The translations under genes were made by a program, and so were the position numbers. Positions 9,607 to 19,423 of a stretch of 64,000 nucleotides of DNA are shown here, piece after piece. This DNA comes from Candidatus Yanofskybacteria bacterium CG10_big_fil_rev_8_21_14_0_10_36_16 (lineage in GTDB: Bacteria; Patescibacteriota; Minisyncoccia; 2-02-FULL-40-12; IGHO2-01-FULL-4-A), in assembly GCA_002794035.1 (NCBI GenBank), contig PCXQ01000005.1:16909-80908 (forward strand), given 5' to 3'. Position 1 is the first letter of the stretch. Every line of letters begins with the position of its first letter. The notes beneath the pieces are model-generated. The model had not been told where the DNA came from and did not search any database. It saw only the letters and a list, made by a program, of their open reading frames with translations.

Positions 9607-10698
9607 CTAGGGTACATATACCCTCGGCAACAATGGGTTAATTCTAGAAACTATTTCATAGCTAATAGTTCCGACCTTCTCAGCAAGCTCCTCTGCTGTT
9701 ATATTTTCTTTACCCTGCCTACCTACCAAAACCACTTCGTCATCAATATTTACATTGCCTGCACTAGATATATCAACCACTGTTAAATTCATTGATACCC
9801 TACCCAAAACCCTGCAACGTTTGCCACCTATCAAAACCTCGCCAAGGGACGACAATGCCCTACTGTAACCATCATAATAACCGATTGGAAGCACGGCAAT
9901 GGTTGTATTTTTTCTAACCTTTTCTGTAATACCATATCCAACACAAGAATCTTTCTTAATGTCTTTTACCTGAATTATCTTAGTTTTCCAGCTTAACGCA
10001 GGGCAAATATTCATTTTTTTGTATTTTTCAAAAAACTCAATTGTCGGCCAAAGGCCGTAAAGAGCAATCCCCACTCTAACCATATCGAAATTAGCCTCGG
10101 GCATCGTTAGTAAGCCAGTTGTGGCAGATATGTGCTTTATCTTTGTATTAATATTGTTTTTATTTAAAACAGTTAATGCCTTTTTAAATTCATCTAATTG
10201 CTTATTGGGGAATCGCCTGTCTTTTTCATCTGCATTGGCAAAATGACTTAAAATACCTTCAAAATTAATATTTAAGGGAAGTTTTTTTATAAAAGAAGGC
10301 AAATTATTAACAAGAACTCCCTGACGAGACATGCCCGTATCTATTTTTAAATGTAATTTCGGTATATTGCTTTTTATTTTTTTAAAGACACCAGAATCAT
10401 AAACAACAAGATCTATATTATTAGAAAAAGCATCTTTAAATCTTTTGCTATCAGTATAACCTAAAACAAGAATGGGTTTTTTAATTCCCTTTTTACGAAG
10501 ATCTAATGCCTCATCTATATTATCAACCCCTAACCAATCAATGCCGTATTTTGAAAACAGCCCCGCTGTTGCGGGACCATGTCCATATGCATTTGATTTA
10601 ACTACCGCCATTAACCTTGTTCCTCTATCAAGAAGTTTTTTTACTGCCTTAACATTATTTTCAAGCGCTGATTTTGATATTTCAACCCAAGTTTTCAT
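9607..10698 (-). CDS. alr: Alanine racemase
   Basis: PLP-lysine motif AVVKSNAYGHG near the N-terminus, and full length is appropriate. Confidence 0.85.
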   Translation of the reverse strand: MKTWVEISKSALENNVKAVKKLLDRGTRLMAVVKSNAYGHGPATAGLFSKYGIDWLGVDNIDEALDLRKKGIKKPILVLGYTDSKRFKDAFSNNIDLVVYDSGVFKKIKSNIPKLHLKIDTGMSRQGVLVNNLPSFIKKLPLNINFEGILSHFANADEKDRRFPNKQLDEFKKALTVLNKNNINTKIKHISATTGLLTMPEANFDMVRVGIALYGLWPTIEFFEKYKKMNICPALSWKTKIIQVKDIKKDSCVGYGITEKVRKNTTIAVLPIGYYDGYSRALSSLGEVLIGGKRCRVLGRVSMNLTVVDISSAGNVNIDDEVVLVGRQGKENITAEELAEKVGTISYEIVSRINPLLPRVYVP

Positions 10699-10742
10699 TA
10701 TAATTATTAATCATTAAAATCAAAGTTATTTTTTAAACTTAT

Positions 10743-11048
10743 TTACTTTGCCCAACCGCATCTAGCAAGCGTCTGTAAGCATTCGCATTGATAGCCTTTG
10801 TTTGATGGGAAATCCGGAACAATTTCACAAACACCAGCACTCAAATTTTCATATTTTTCAAGATTATTTGTACAAACGCTATATTCACCTATACAGCTTG
10901 AGTTTGCGAACGAGCAGTCTCTATCAAAAACACAAAACCCCTCCGAGTGACTTAAGTCAAAATTTCTAACATTTAAAACCAAGGATACAGAAAAAACAAC
11001 AACGACAGATATCATTATCATTGTTTTTTTAAATGGATCTAATTTCAT
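10743..11048 (-). CDS. Small secreted Cys-rich protein (8 Cys), hypothetical
   Basis: Signal-peptide/TM N-terminus followed by a Cys-rich mature region. Confidence 0.45.
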   Translation of the reverse strand: MKLDPFKKTMIMISVVVVFSVSLVLNVRNFDLSHSEGFCVFDRDCSFANSSCIGEYSVCTNNLEKYENLSAGVCEIVPDFPSNKGYQCECLQTLARCGWAK

Positions 11049-11063
11049 AAAATGGATCTAATC

Positions 11064-12311
11064 TTATTTTTTGCCTATTTGTTTTACACCTACAAATTTC
11101 TGAAGTACCTTGGGCACCTTAACAGTCCCTTCTTTTGTTTGATAATTTTCAACAATCATTGCAAGAATACGAGGTGTAGCAATTGCTGTATTGTTTAATG
11201 AGTGTGCAAATTGCATTTTGTTCTCTTCGTCGCGATAACGAATGTTCAATCTCCTAGTTTGGAAATCATGAAAATACGAGGATGAGTGTGTTTCTCTATA
11301 CTTCTGTTGGCTTGGCATCCAACCTTCAATATCATATTTTTTAACCTGACCTAATCCCAAATCTCCTGATGAATTAACGACAACATGATAGGGGATTTCT
11401 AAATCCTGCATTATCTCTTCAGAATTTTGAGTAATTTCTTCATGCCATTTTACAGATTCCTCATGGTCAGCACGACATAAAATCACCTGCTCCATTTTAT
11501 AAAATTCATGCACCCTTATAAGTCCCTTAGTGTCTTTACCATGGCTCCCCGCCTCAGAACGAAAGCAAGGCGAAAAAGCTATAAATTTTTTAGGCAAATC
11601 TTTTTTTTGCAAAACCTCATCAGAATAATAAGCCATAGTAGAAACCTCTGATGTACCTACTAAATACTCATCTTCCCCAACCTTGTAAACCTCGTCCTTT
11701 CCTTGCGGAAGCCACCCCGTGCCATTGAATGCGCTTTCACGAGCAATGGCCGGAGCAAAAATTGGCGTAAATCCTTTTTTTATTAATTTATCAAGCACTA
11801 AAGCCCAAAGAGCATGTGAAAGCAAAACGGCTTCATTTTTCAAAAAATATCCTCTAAAACCTGAGACCTTAACTCCCCTATCAAAATCAACCAAATCTAA
11901 TGACTCCATAAGCTCTATATGGTCTTTAACCTTAAAGTCAAAAGCCGGGATTTCGCCCCATTTTATTACTTCAACATTGTCTTCATCATCTTTGCCTTCC
12001 GGCACAGACGGATCCGGAACTTGGGGCACTAAAAGCATAAGACGATTAAACTCTTCTTGCGTGTTTCTGTTTTCTTCCTCAAGTAATTTTATTTCTTCTT
12101 TTAATTTTTTTAAAATTTCTATTTCTTCAGGAGTTGGTTTAGAATCAGATTTTTTATTTTGACTAGCTCTTTTGTTTTCAAGCTCCATCAAAACATGCCT
12201 CCTTCTCTCATCAACAGCAATCAATTCATCTAAATTAAACTCAATCCTTTTCTTGCGGATAGCATCTTTTACCAAGTCTTGATTTTCCCTTATAAATTTA
12301 ATATCTAACAT
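11064..12311 (-). CDS. serS: Seryl-tRNA synthetase
   Basis: N-terminal coiled-coil MLDIKFIRENQDLVKDAIRKK and a class-II core with FRSEAGSHGKDTKGLIRVHEF and GWLPQGKD. Confidence 0.9.
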   Translation of the reverse strand: MLDIKFIRENQDLVKDAIRKKRIEFNLDELIAVDERRRHVLMELENKRASQNKKSDSKPTPEEIEILKKLKEEIKLLEEENRNTQEEFNRLMLLVPQVPDPSVPEGKDDEDNVEVIKWGEIPAFDFKVKDHIELMESLDLVDFDRGVKVSGFRGYFLKNEAVLLSHALWALVLDKLIKKGFTPIFAPAIARESAFNGTGWLPQGKDEVYKVGEDEYLVGTSEVSTMAYYSDEVLQKKDLPKKFIAFSPCFRSEAGSHGKDTKGLIRVHEFYKMEQVILCRADHEESVKWHEEITQNSEEIMQDLEIPYHVVVNSSGDLGLGQVKKYDIEGWMPSQQKYRETHSSSYFHDFQTRRLNIRYRDEENKMQFAHSLNNTAIATPRILAMIVENYQTKEGTVKVPKVLQKFVGVKQIGKK

Positions 12312-12479
12312 ATGTTTTTATACTTAATACTTAACACTTAATACATAACTCTTGGATCTAATTCTTGAGCTTCACCCCGCCCTTGAAAAATAATCATTAT
12401 TTCTCAAAATTAACCTCTTAAAACAACGGATTAGGTAAGGGGCAGGAAAGTAAACTTATATCTGTATGTTTACAGCTTT

Positions 12480-13943
12480 TCAAGAGCGAGGTTTCATTAA
12501 AGGAAATGCGATAACCTCTCGAATTGAATGGGAATCGGTCAAAAGGGCTGACAAACGATCAATGCCTATGCCTATACCTGCAGCAGGAGGCATTCCGTAT
12601 TCCATGGCTTCAATATAATCCTCGTCTATTCTGTGGGCCTCCTCGTTGCCCTCTTTAGCATTTTTCTCTTGTGCCTCAAAGCGCTCTCTTTGATCTTGGG
12701 GATCATTTAGTTCTGAAAACCCGTTGGTCACCTCCATGCCTCCAACAACCAGCTGGAATCTGGCCACATGCTTGGGATCATCTGGAATTTTTTTAGAAAG
12801 AGGTGATATTTCCAATGGATGATCAATAATATAAGTAGGATTTAAAATATTGGGTCTAGCAACTTTTTTGTAAATTTCATCGGCAATATTTCCCTTTGTC
12901 ATAGCTTTGTTTATTTCAATGCCGAGTTCTTTAGCTTTTTCGGCTAATTCTTCTTGTGTAGAACTATCGTAATCAAGATTTGCATATTCATTAAACAAAT
13001 CATTAAATGTTACCCTCTTAAATGGTGTTTTAAACTCTATTTCTTTTTCTTGATATTGGACTCTGTCTTTACCAAACATTTCCTTAACGATATGAACAAG
13101 CATCCCCTCGGTAAATTCCATCATCTTCTCATAATCCCAATATGCGGCATAAAACTCCAGCATGGTAAATTCCGGATTGTGTTCACGATCAAAACCTTCG
13201 TTCCGAAAAACCCTGCCGATTTCAAACACCCTTTCAAAACCACCAACCAACATTCTTTTTAAAAAAAGCTCCGGAGCAATTCTCAGATATAAGTCCAGAT
13301 CAAGTATCGCCAACTTTGTTTTAAATGGTTTGGCATTTGCACCGCCATAAAGAGTCTGCAACACAGGAGTATCTACTTCTAAAAATTTATTAGCAATAAG
13401 ATATTGTCTAATATGCTGTGTAACCATTGAACGGCCGATAATTTTATCCTTGGCGTCTTTATTAAAAACAAAATCTAAATATCGCTTTCTATAACGTTCC
13501 TCAATATCCTGAAGCCCGTGCCATTTTTCAGGTAAGGGCAATAAAGATTTTGCCAACAAACGATATTTTGAAACCTCTAGAGTCTCTTCTCCCTTTTTTG
13601 TTCTGAAGACAACTCCTTCGGACTCAATAAAGTCACCCACATCGACTGTATTCACAAAAAATGTGAAATCCTCCTCACCGAGATTATCTTTCTTGATATA
13701 AGCCTGCAATTTGCCAGAATTGTCTACAACATCTAAAAACACGGAACCGCCATGTTCTCTTTTGGTCATCACTCTGCCGGCAATTATTATTTTTTCTCCA
13801 CTTTTTTCAAGTTCAGTAAAACCCTCTAGCGCTTCAGCTGCCATGTGGGTGCGCAATGAAGAAGAGGGATAAGGATCTATGCCGTTATCCCTTACTTTAT
13901 TCAATTTATCCAATTTTACCTGCCTTAATTCATCAAGTGCCAC
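12480..13943 (-). CDS. lysS: Lysyl-tRNA synthetase, class II
   Basis: OB-fold AGRVMTKREHGGSVFLDVVD. Class-II motifs FRNEGFDREHNPEFTMLEFYAAY and GIGIGIDRL. Confidence 0.9.
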   Translation of the reverse strand: MALDELRQVKLDKLNKVRDNGIDPYPSSSLRTHMAAEALEGFTELEKSGEKIIIAGRVMTKREHGGSVFLDVVDNSGKLQAYIKKDNLGEEDFTFFVNTVDVGDFIESEGVVFRTKKGEETLEVSKYRLLAKSLLPLPEKWHGLQDIEERYRKRYLDFVFNKDAKDKIIGRSMVTQHIRQYLIANKFLEVDTPVLQTLYGGANAKPFKTKLAILDLDLYLRIAPELFLKRMLVGGFERVFEIGRVFRNEGFDREHNPEFTMLEFYAAYWDYEKMMEFTEGMLVHIVKEMFGKDRVQYQEKEIEFKTPFKRVTFNDLFNEYANLDYDSSTQEELAEKAKELGIEINKAMTKGNIADEIYKKVARPNILNPTYIIDHPLEISPLSKKIPDDPKHVARFQLVVGGMEVTNGFSELNDPQDQRERFEAQEKNAKEGNEEAHRIDEDYIEAMEYGMPPAAGIGIGIDRLSALLTDSHSIREVIAFPLMKPRS

Positions 13944-14094
13944 AATAATAAACGCAAAACGTGAAACGTTAAGCGCAAGCTAAAAATTAAAACTTTATAA
14001 TACAATATTAGCAAATATTAGCCAAAATTGAAATAAACGGACAGAAAGCCCCGCTTCAGCGGGGCTTTGAATCGTATAAATAAGTTATCAATTT

Positions 14095-14559
14095 TTAACT
14101 TATCTTTTTTATCTTATATTTCATTAATCCCACCGGAGTGCTAACCTCAACCTCCTCACCTTTTTTATGGCCTAAAAATGCGCGTCCCAATGGCGATTCA
14201 TTTGATATAAAACCCTTAGTCGGATCAGCTTCTGCAGTACCAACTATGGTAAACTCCTTCTCTCCGTAACTTGATGAAGCCAGTACTGTAGCACCAACTC
14301 CTATTTCTGCACTCTTATTTTTGCCGTTTTGAATAATTTCAAAATCTTTTAACATGGCTTCAATCTCTTCGATTCTACCTTCATTAAAACTCTGATTTTC
14401 CTTTGCTTCAGTATATTCTGAATTTTCAGACAAATCACCAAGCTCTTTAGCAGCTCTTATTTTCTCGTTAATCTCATCTCTTACTGTAGTTTTTCTCTCT
14501 TCTAACTCTTTATTAATTTTCTCCAGCCCTTCAGGGCTTAAATATGTGGTCATATACAA
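14095..14559 (-). CDS. greA: Transcription elongation factor GreA
   Basis: Coiled-coil LSENSEYTEAKENQ followed by a C-terminal FKBP-like domain. Confidence 0.85.
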   Translation of the reverse strand: MYMTTYLSPEGLEKINKELEERKTTVRDEINEKIRAAKELGDLSENSEYTEAKENQSFNEGRIEEIEAMLKDFEIIQNGKNKSAEIGVGATVLASSSYGEKEFTIVGTAEADPTKGFISNESPLGRAFLGHKKGEEVEVSTPVGLMKYKIKKIS

Positions 14560-14660
14560 CGCTTATGTAAATCCAATTTTATATAATTAATGACTTGGAT
14601 ATACAAAATTTTATTAATTTATTTAACACATCTTTAGTACCAAAACATAAATTATACTAT

Positions 14661-14688
14661 AAAAATAAAAAACAGTTATAAAAACTGT
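14661..14688 (-). terminator. Intrinsic terminator after mrdA (end of the mre operon)
   Basis: On the minus strand, an ACAGTT-uuuau-AACTGT hairpin is followed by a U-run (plus-strand A-run at 14661-14671). Confidence 0.5.
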
Positions 14689-14759
14689 GGACAATAATAT
14701 CTCAAGACAAAAAACAAAATCTAAAAAATGCTTGCTACTGAAACCAAAAATTAAATAAC

Positions 14760-16646
14760 TTAGATCTTTAAACCTTTGTATTCCGTAAAATACCAGTTTA
14801 AAAACTCCCTGGCCATTCTTAGAGCCAACCCCTGCTCATCGCCAATATTTTCAACAATAATAGTAATAATTATCTCAGGGTCTTCATATGGTCCAAATAC
14901 AGTCAGAAGTGAATTTAAATTGTTTCCAGACACCTGTGCAGTTCCTGTTTTAGCAGCAAGTTCTACTGGGACAACGTCTAGTATCCTAGCAGTGCCTGAT
15001 TCCACTGCCCGTCTCATACCAATTTTTACTATATTTAGGGTATCTTTGTCAAATTTTAATCGGCCTATTACTTCTGGATTATTAATTATTTCAGAACCAT
15101 GATTTTCTACAATCTTATCAACAACCAACGGCTTCATTATGTCTCCCCCATTTGCTATAGCTCCTATATATGAATTTATCCAGAGAGGAGTAACAAAAAG
15201 ATCACCCTGTCCTATAGAAACATTGTAAGAATCTCCCCTGTACCAATCTTCTCCTTTTGTTTTCTTTTTCCAATCTCGTGATGGAACAAGCCCATTCGCT
15301 TCACCCACCAAATCAATGCCCAATTTTTTATCTGCCATAGCTCCTGAGATATATGAATGCATTTTATCAATCCCGAGTCCAACAATATCTTGATACCCAC
15401 CACCAAGAGCATAAAAGTAAACATCAACTGAATCGGCAATTGCCTTATAAATATCTGTCCAGCCATGAACTTTCCAGTCGCCAAAAGTATAAACAACACT
15501 AGGATCAATTTCACTAGAAATTTGTATTGACCCGCCAGAATATATGATTGTTGAAGGAGTTACAACGCCTTCCTTAAGAGCCGCAAGAGCAAGAAGGGGT
15601 TTTATTGTAGAACCGGGGCTGTACCTACCCCCAATAGCACGATTAAATAATGGCTGCTTACTGTCACTCAGTATCTTTTTTACATCATCTCTAAAATCTT
15701 CTTCATAAATATTACTAAAAACATTATTGTCATAAGCAGGAAAACTTGAAAGAGCAATAACCTCACCCGTTTTTGGATTCTGAACAACTGCCGAACCAAC
15801 TCTCAAGCCCTGTGATCGCAATACACCCTCAAGAGACTCATGGAGCTTTTCTTGAACATCTGAATTAATGTTTAAATAAACCTCACCTCCTTTGCCTGGC
15901 TCACTTAAAACAACATCTTTGTTGCTGTTCTTAAAATAAACAGCGCCAGATACTCCCCTTAAATATCTTTCATATTCTTCCTCTACACCAAGCGTGCCTA
16001 TTTTGTCTCCAGGTAAATAAAAATTATCACGCGATATATTGTCTTCACTTACGCCTGAAACATATCCTAGTACTTGAGAAAATAATTCACCTTTAGGATA
16101 ACTTCTTTTTGAATTGGCAATCACATATACACCTTCCATGCCTGCTTCTTCTACAGCCAAAGCTTCATCTTTTGACAGCCCTCCTTTTAAAACAAAGACT
16201 GCTTTATTTTTGTTCTTATCAATCTTTTCCCTTATCTCCTCCTCTGTCATATCAATAATTTCTGCCAACAAACTAATGTTTTTATTTAAAACCTCCTCTT
16301 TTGGTATTTGTGAAACAAGAGAGACAACTTCAAAAACAGGTTTATTTCCTGCTAATAACTCCCCGTCAGAACTATAAATTGCCCCTCTTAACCCCATTAA
16401 GGGGTATTTTACAAAAGAATTAAGTTCTGCAAGGGAAGCATAACTTTCTCCTTGCATTATCTGAAGATTGAAAGCACTCAATATAAAAATTATGGAAATA
16501 ACAAATATGGAAACATAAAACATACCCCAAATTGACCGCCCTACAGGAAATTCCATTTTGGGATACAAACTGCCAGAATCCAAAAGTGTTTCTTCGGGCA
16601 TTAATTCATCCCTATCCGATGTGTTAATAAAATATTTTTTCTTCAT
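14760..16646 (-). CDS. mrdA: Penicillin-binding protein 2 (transpeptidase MrdA)
   Basis: N-terminal TM. Transpeptidase motifs STIKP (SxxK), SVN-like and KTGTA. It lies immediately downstream of mreD. Confidence 0.85.
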   Translation of the reverse strand: MKKKYFINTSDRDELMPEETLLDSGSLYPKMEFPVGRSIWGMFYVSIFVISIIFILSAFNLQIMQGESYASLAELNSFVKYPLMGLRGAIYSSDGELLAGNKPVFEVVSLVSQIPKEEVLNKNISLLAEIIDMTEEEIREKIDKNKNKAVFVLKGGLSKDEALAVEEAGMEGVYVIANSKRSYPKGELFSQVLGYVSGVSEDNISRDNFYLPGDKIGTLGVEEEYERYLRGVSGAVYFKNSNKDVVLSEPGKGGEVYLNINSDVQEKLHESLEGVLRSQGLRVGSAVVQNPKTGEVIALSSFPAYDNNVFSNIYEEDFRDDVKKILSDSKQPLFNRAIGGRYSPGSTIKPLLALAALKEGVVTPSTIIYSGGSIQISSEIDPSVVYTFGDWKVHGWTDIYKAIADSVDVYFYALGGGYQDIVGLGIDKMHSYISGAMADKKLGIDLVGEANGLVPSRDWKKKTKGEDWYRGDSYNVSIGQGDLFVTPLWINSYIGAIANGGDIMKPLVVDKIVENHGSEIINNPEVIGRLKFDKDTLNIVKIGMRRAVESGTARILDVVPVELAAKTGTAQVSGNNLNSLLTVFGPYEDPEIIITIIVENIGDEQGLALRMAREFLNWYFTEYKGLKI

Positions 16647-16674
16647 CCAATAATAAAAATTTTGTTGTTATTTT

Positions 16675-17163
16675 TTATAAAATAAAATCCTTGTTTTTTA
16701 AACTGAACAAAAAAGACAGCAAAAATATAAACCCGAATTCAAGAATCAAGACCACGGCCATTTTGTAATAATAAACTAATTTTAAACTACTGAATTCAAA
16801 AATGCGTCCGGGACCAATTATTATTACAAAAAATACCAGCAGTACTAAATACACCACAAAAATAATCCCGGATTTTAAAAACATAGTCACAAAATTGTTA
16901 TATTCAAAATTAAACCTGTCAGAAATTAACTGAACCAATATGTATAATACCAAAAATGAAATAGCAAATACGCCGTAATCAAAAACTGATATAAAATCTG
17001 CTATTAAAGACAAGGACAAACCGGCATAAAACTTACTAGAAACAAATGGGGGCAAAACCAACAAAGAAGTAAAAGCACAAAACAAAGCCCATGGAATATC
17101 TGCAAAAAAGGGCATAATTTCCTGAAATATAAGAAACACCAGTCCTAAAGCAAAAAATTTCAT
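16675..17163 (-). CDS. mreD: Rod-shape determining protein MreD
   Basis: Polytopic 162-aa membrane protein at the conserved position after mreC. Confidence 0.7.
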   Translation of the reverse strand: MKFFALGLVFLIFQEIMPFFADIPWALFCAFTSLLVLPPFVSSKFYAGLSLSLIADFISVFDYGVFAISFLVLYILVQLISDRFNFEYNNFVTMFLKSGIIFVVYLVLLVFFVIIIGPGRIFEFSSLKLVYYYKMAVVLILEFGFIFLLSFLFSLKNKDFIL

Positions 17164-17164
17164 A

Positions 17165-17971
17165 CTATTTTTTTATTATAAAAAGATTTGGTCCTGATGA
17201 TGGATTAAAAAATGATTCTACCTTTACTGTCTGGAAGGCATCACCCGATTTTTTATCAGTTGAAAGCACTTTTCCAACAGGAAGTCCTTCAGGTAAACTA
17301 TCCATGCCACTTGTGACAACAATCTCATCGCTGGATATTTCCTCGTCTGCAGCTACCAGATCAAGAATAAATTCTCCCCCGGAAATTCCTTTTGTCGATG
17401 ACAAAATATCTGTATTTTCTTGTCTAACACTTATGGATAATCTTGAATCATCCAACAAAAGTGCTACTGAATAATTTTCGTAGACTTCATCTATCACACC
17501 CGCCAAAATAGACGATGAAGAAATCACAGCCATTTTCCTCTCTATTCCGTCTTTTTGTCCCTTGTTGATGATAATAGCTGAATAAGGAGGCGTCTTATCA
17601 ACAGAAATCATATTGGCTGAAATTAATTCTCCCCTCTCTCTCAAATTAAGACCCAACTGACTTCTAAAAAATTCATTTTCTCTTTCAAGAGATTTAAGTT
17701 CGCTTACCTCAGCTATTAGATTTAAATTTTCTTCTTTTAATTTTTTATTTTCTTCGGCTAGAAATTTAAAGTCCAATAATGCTTTAAATGTGGCAGACCT
17801 ATCTGTTATTTTTTGACTCAAACCTTCAAGCGGACCCCCAAATAAATCCAGCCCAGTCTTTTTTATAAAACTGCCAAACAAAAATTTGTCAGCAATAAAC
17901 AAAAATAAAACTACGACCAATATTAAAATGGGTTTTTTTAATGATTTTTTTTCTGTTCTTAGAGAATACAT
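17165..17971 (-). CDS. mreC: Rod-shape determining protein MreC
   Basis: N-terminal TM, coiled-coil (LKEENLNLIAEVSELKSLERENEF), then a beta-rich domain. Confidence 0.8.
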   Translation of the reverse strand: MYSLRTEKKSLKKPILILVVVLFLFIADKFLFGSFIKKTGLDLFGGPLEGLSQKITDRSATFKALLDFKFLAEENKKLKEENLNLIAEVSELKSLERENEFFRSQLGLNLRERGELISANMISVDKTPPYSAIIINKGQKDGIERKMAVISSSSILAGVIDEVYENYSVALLLDDSRLSISVRQENTDILSSTKGISGGEFILDLVAADEEISSDEIVVTSGMDSLPEGLPVGKVLSTDKKSGDAFQTVKVESFFNPSSGPNLFIIKK

Positions 17972-18032
17972 CTTTTAATTTAAAAAGCTCATGACACACC
18001 AAGTCATTGAGGGCTAAGGACTAAATGAATTT

Positions 18033-19088
18033 CTATAGGTAAGCTTCCTTGGTATTCCACACCAATATTGGCCTTAAAGCATCAAGATCTTGGAGTACTA
18101 AACCGCATCCACGAACCACAGCAGTTAAAGGATCATTAACTATTTTTGCCGGCAGTTTAGTTTCGTGGGCAACAAGCTCATCAAGGCCTCTTAATAGACT
18201 ACCGCCTCCAACAAGAGCTATGCCTCTACTTAAAAGATCTGCGATAAGTTCGGGAGGTGTTTCCTCAAGAGTATTCTTAATTGCTGAAACAATATTTCTT
18301 ATTGATTTACCCATTGCTTTTCTAGCCTCCTCGGAGGTTACTGTTAACTCCTTTGGAAGTCCAGTTAAAATATCTCTTCCTTTCACTTGAATACTCAGCT
18401 CTTCCTTAAGAGGATATGCTGAACCAACTTGAATTTTAATATTTTCTGCAGTTGCCTCGCCTATGAGCATGTTATGTCCCTCTCTCATAAATCTAATTAT
18501 ATCTTCGTTCATTTTATCACCGGCAATTCTCAATGACCTCGAAGCAACAATGCCCCCCATGGAGATAACAACAATATCTGATGTCCCGCCGCCTATATCC
18601 ACTACAACATTTGCAACAGCATCTTGAATCGGCAACCGCGAACCTATAGCTGCTGCCATCGGTTCTTCAATAAGATAAACCTCTCTTGCTCCAGCGCTTC
18701 TGGTGGCATCCTCTACTGCTCTTTTTTCAACCTCTGTAATATTAGAAGGAATACCTACAACCACCCTGGGTCTTGAAAAAAGTGAAAATGTTCCTTCTTG
18801 AGCTTTGTCTATAAAGTATTTTAGCATCTGCTCTGTAACCTCATAATCGGAAACAACTCCTGCAACAAGAGGTTTTGAAACAGAAATAAACCCAGGTGTT
18901 TTACCTACCATTTTCCGTGCCTCCTGCCCTATCGCCAATATCTGCCCAGTTTTCTGGTTAATAGCTACGATGGAAGGCTCATCGATTATTATGCCCTTAC
19001 CCTGAACATAAACAAGGGTATTTGCCGTACCTAAATCAATACCTATATCTTTTGCCCAAAAATTGTGTTTAAAAATATTTTTTACCAT
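18033..19088 (-). CDS. mreB: Rod-shape determining protein MreB
   Basis: Actin-fold motifs DLGTANT and DIGGGTSDI. Confidence 0.9.
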   Translation of the reverse strand: MVKNIFKHNFWAKDIGIDLGTANTLVYVQGKGIIIDEPSIVAINQKTGQILAIGQEARKMVGKTPGFISVSKPLVAGVVSDYEVTEQMLKYFIDKAQEGTFSLFSRPRVVVGIPSNITEVEKRAVEDATRSAGAREVYLIEEPMAAAIGSRLPIQDAVANVVVDIGGGTSDIVVISMGGIVASRSLRIAGDKMNEDIIRFMREGHNMLIGEATAENIKIQVGSAYPLKEELSIQVKGRDILTGLPKELTVTSEEARKAMGKSIRNIVSAIKNTLEETPPELIADLLSRGIALVGGGSLLRGLDELVAHETKLPAKIVNDPLTAVVRGCGLVLQDLDALRPILVWNTKEAYL

Positions 19089-19159
19089 TAATGAATTATA
19101 TGAGCTTCAACTTGTTTTTGTGTATTGAAAAATTAGCAAAATAAAGGGCTTCGCGCACG

Positions 19160-19211
19160 TTGACAAAACACCCACATTTTGGCTTGACAAATTATGTCAG
19201 TTTGTTATAAT
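19160..19211 (+). promoter_or_regulatory. Strong sigma70-like promoter with no plus-strand gene downstream
   Basis: TTGACA at 19184-19189, a 16-nt spacer, then TATAAT at 19206-19211. A second TTGACA sits at 19160-19165. Confidence 0.6.
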
Positions 19212-19218
19212 TATATTG

Positions 19219-19423
19219 TATCTTAGAGCTGTGGCCTGAGTCTAAGTCACAAATCCAAACTCTAAGAGACGGAGGCACATGACGTTCACGTTCGCACCTA
19301 GTGGGTAAGAAAGGTGTTTTTCGCGAACGCCGACCACGACGGCTACTAGACGGCGATCACCGACTAGAGTCGAGCCCCCGCTTGCCAGGTTACTACAATC
19401 TTGGTGGGCGGGGCGCTTTTTTT
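19219..19423 (+). ncRNA. Candidate small RNA of about 200 nt, unclassified, between mreB and the helicase gene
   Basis: Delimited by the promoter above and the intrinsic terminator at 19376-19423. Locally GC-rich with several hairpins (TCTTAGAG/CTCTAAGA, CGTTCGC/GCGAACG, GCCG/CGGC). Both flanking genes are on the opposite strand. Confidence 0.45.
19376..19423 (+). terminator. Strong intrinsic terminator on the plus strand only
   Basis: A 14-bp stem CCCCGCTTGCCAGG/CTTGGTGGGCGGGG (with G-U pairs), a 10-nt loop and a T7 run. There is no T-run on the other side. Confidence 0.75.

Noticed and set aside
12312-12479. T-box leader upstream of serS
   Set aside because: No T-box consensus (AATTAGGGTGGNACCGCG) and no specifier or antiterminator architecture. 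The region instead has TATTAAGT direct repeats and one copy of the CCCCGCCCTTGAAA motif, probably promoter-associated.
19279-19308. Nine-codon ORF MTFTFAPSG with a GGAGG SD inside the sRNA-like unit as a leader peptide or attenuator
   Set aside because: No downstream plus-strand gene exists to be attenuated, and the peptide is not obviously enriched in one amino acid. It is noted only as a possible dual-function sRNA feature.
19219-19423. tmRNA or SRP RNA identity for the 19.2 kb sRNA-like unit
   Set aside because: No 5' GGGG acceptor start and no tRNA-like GGTTCGAnTCC T-loop pairing with a CCA end. No SRP domain-IV GGAA/AGCAGCC motif. At about 200 nt it is too short for RNase P RNA. It is left unclassified.
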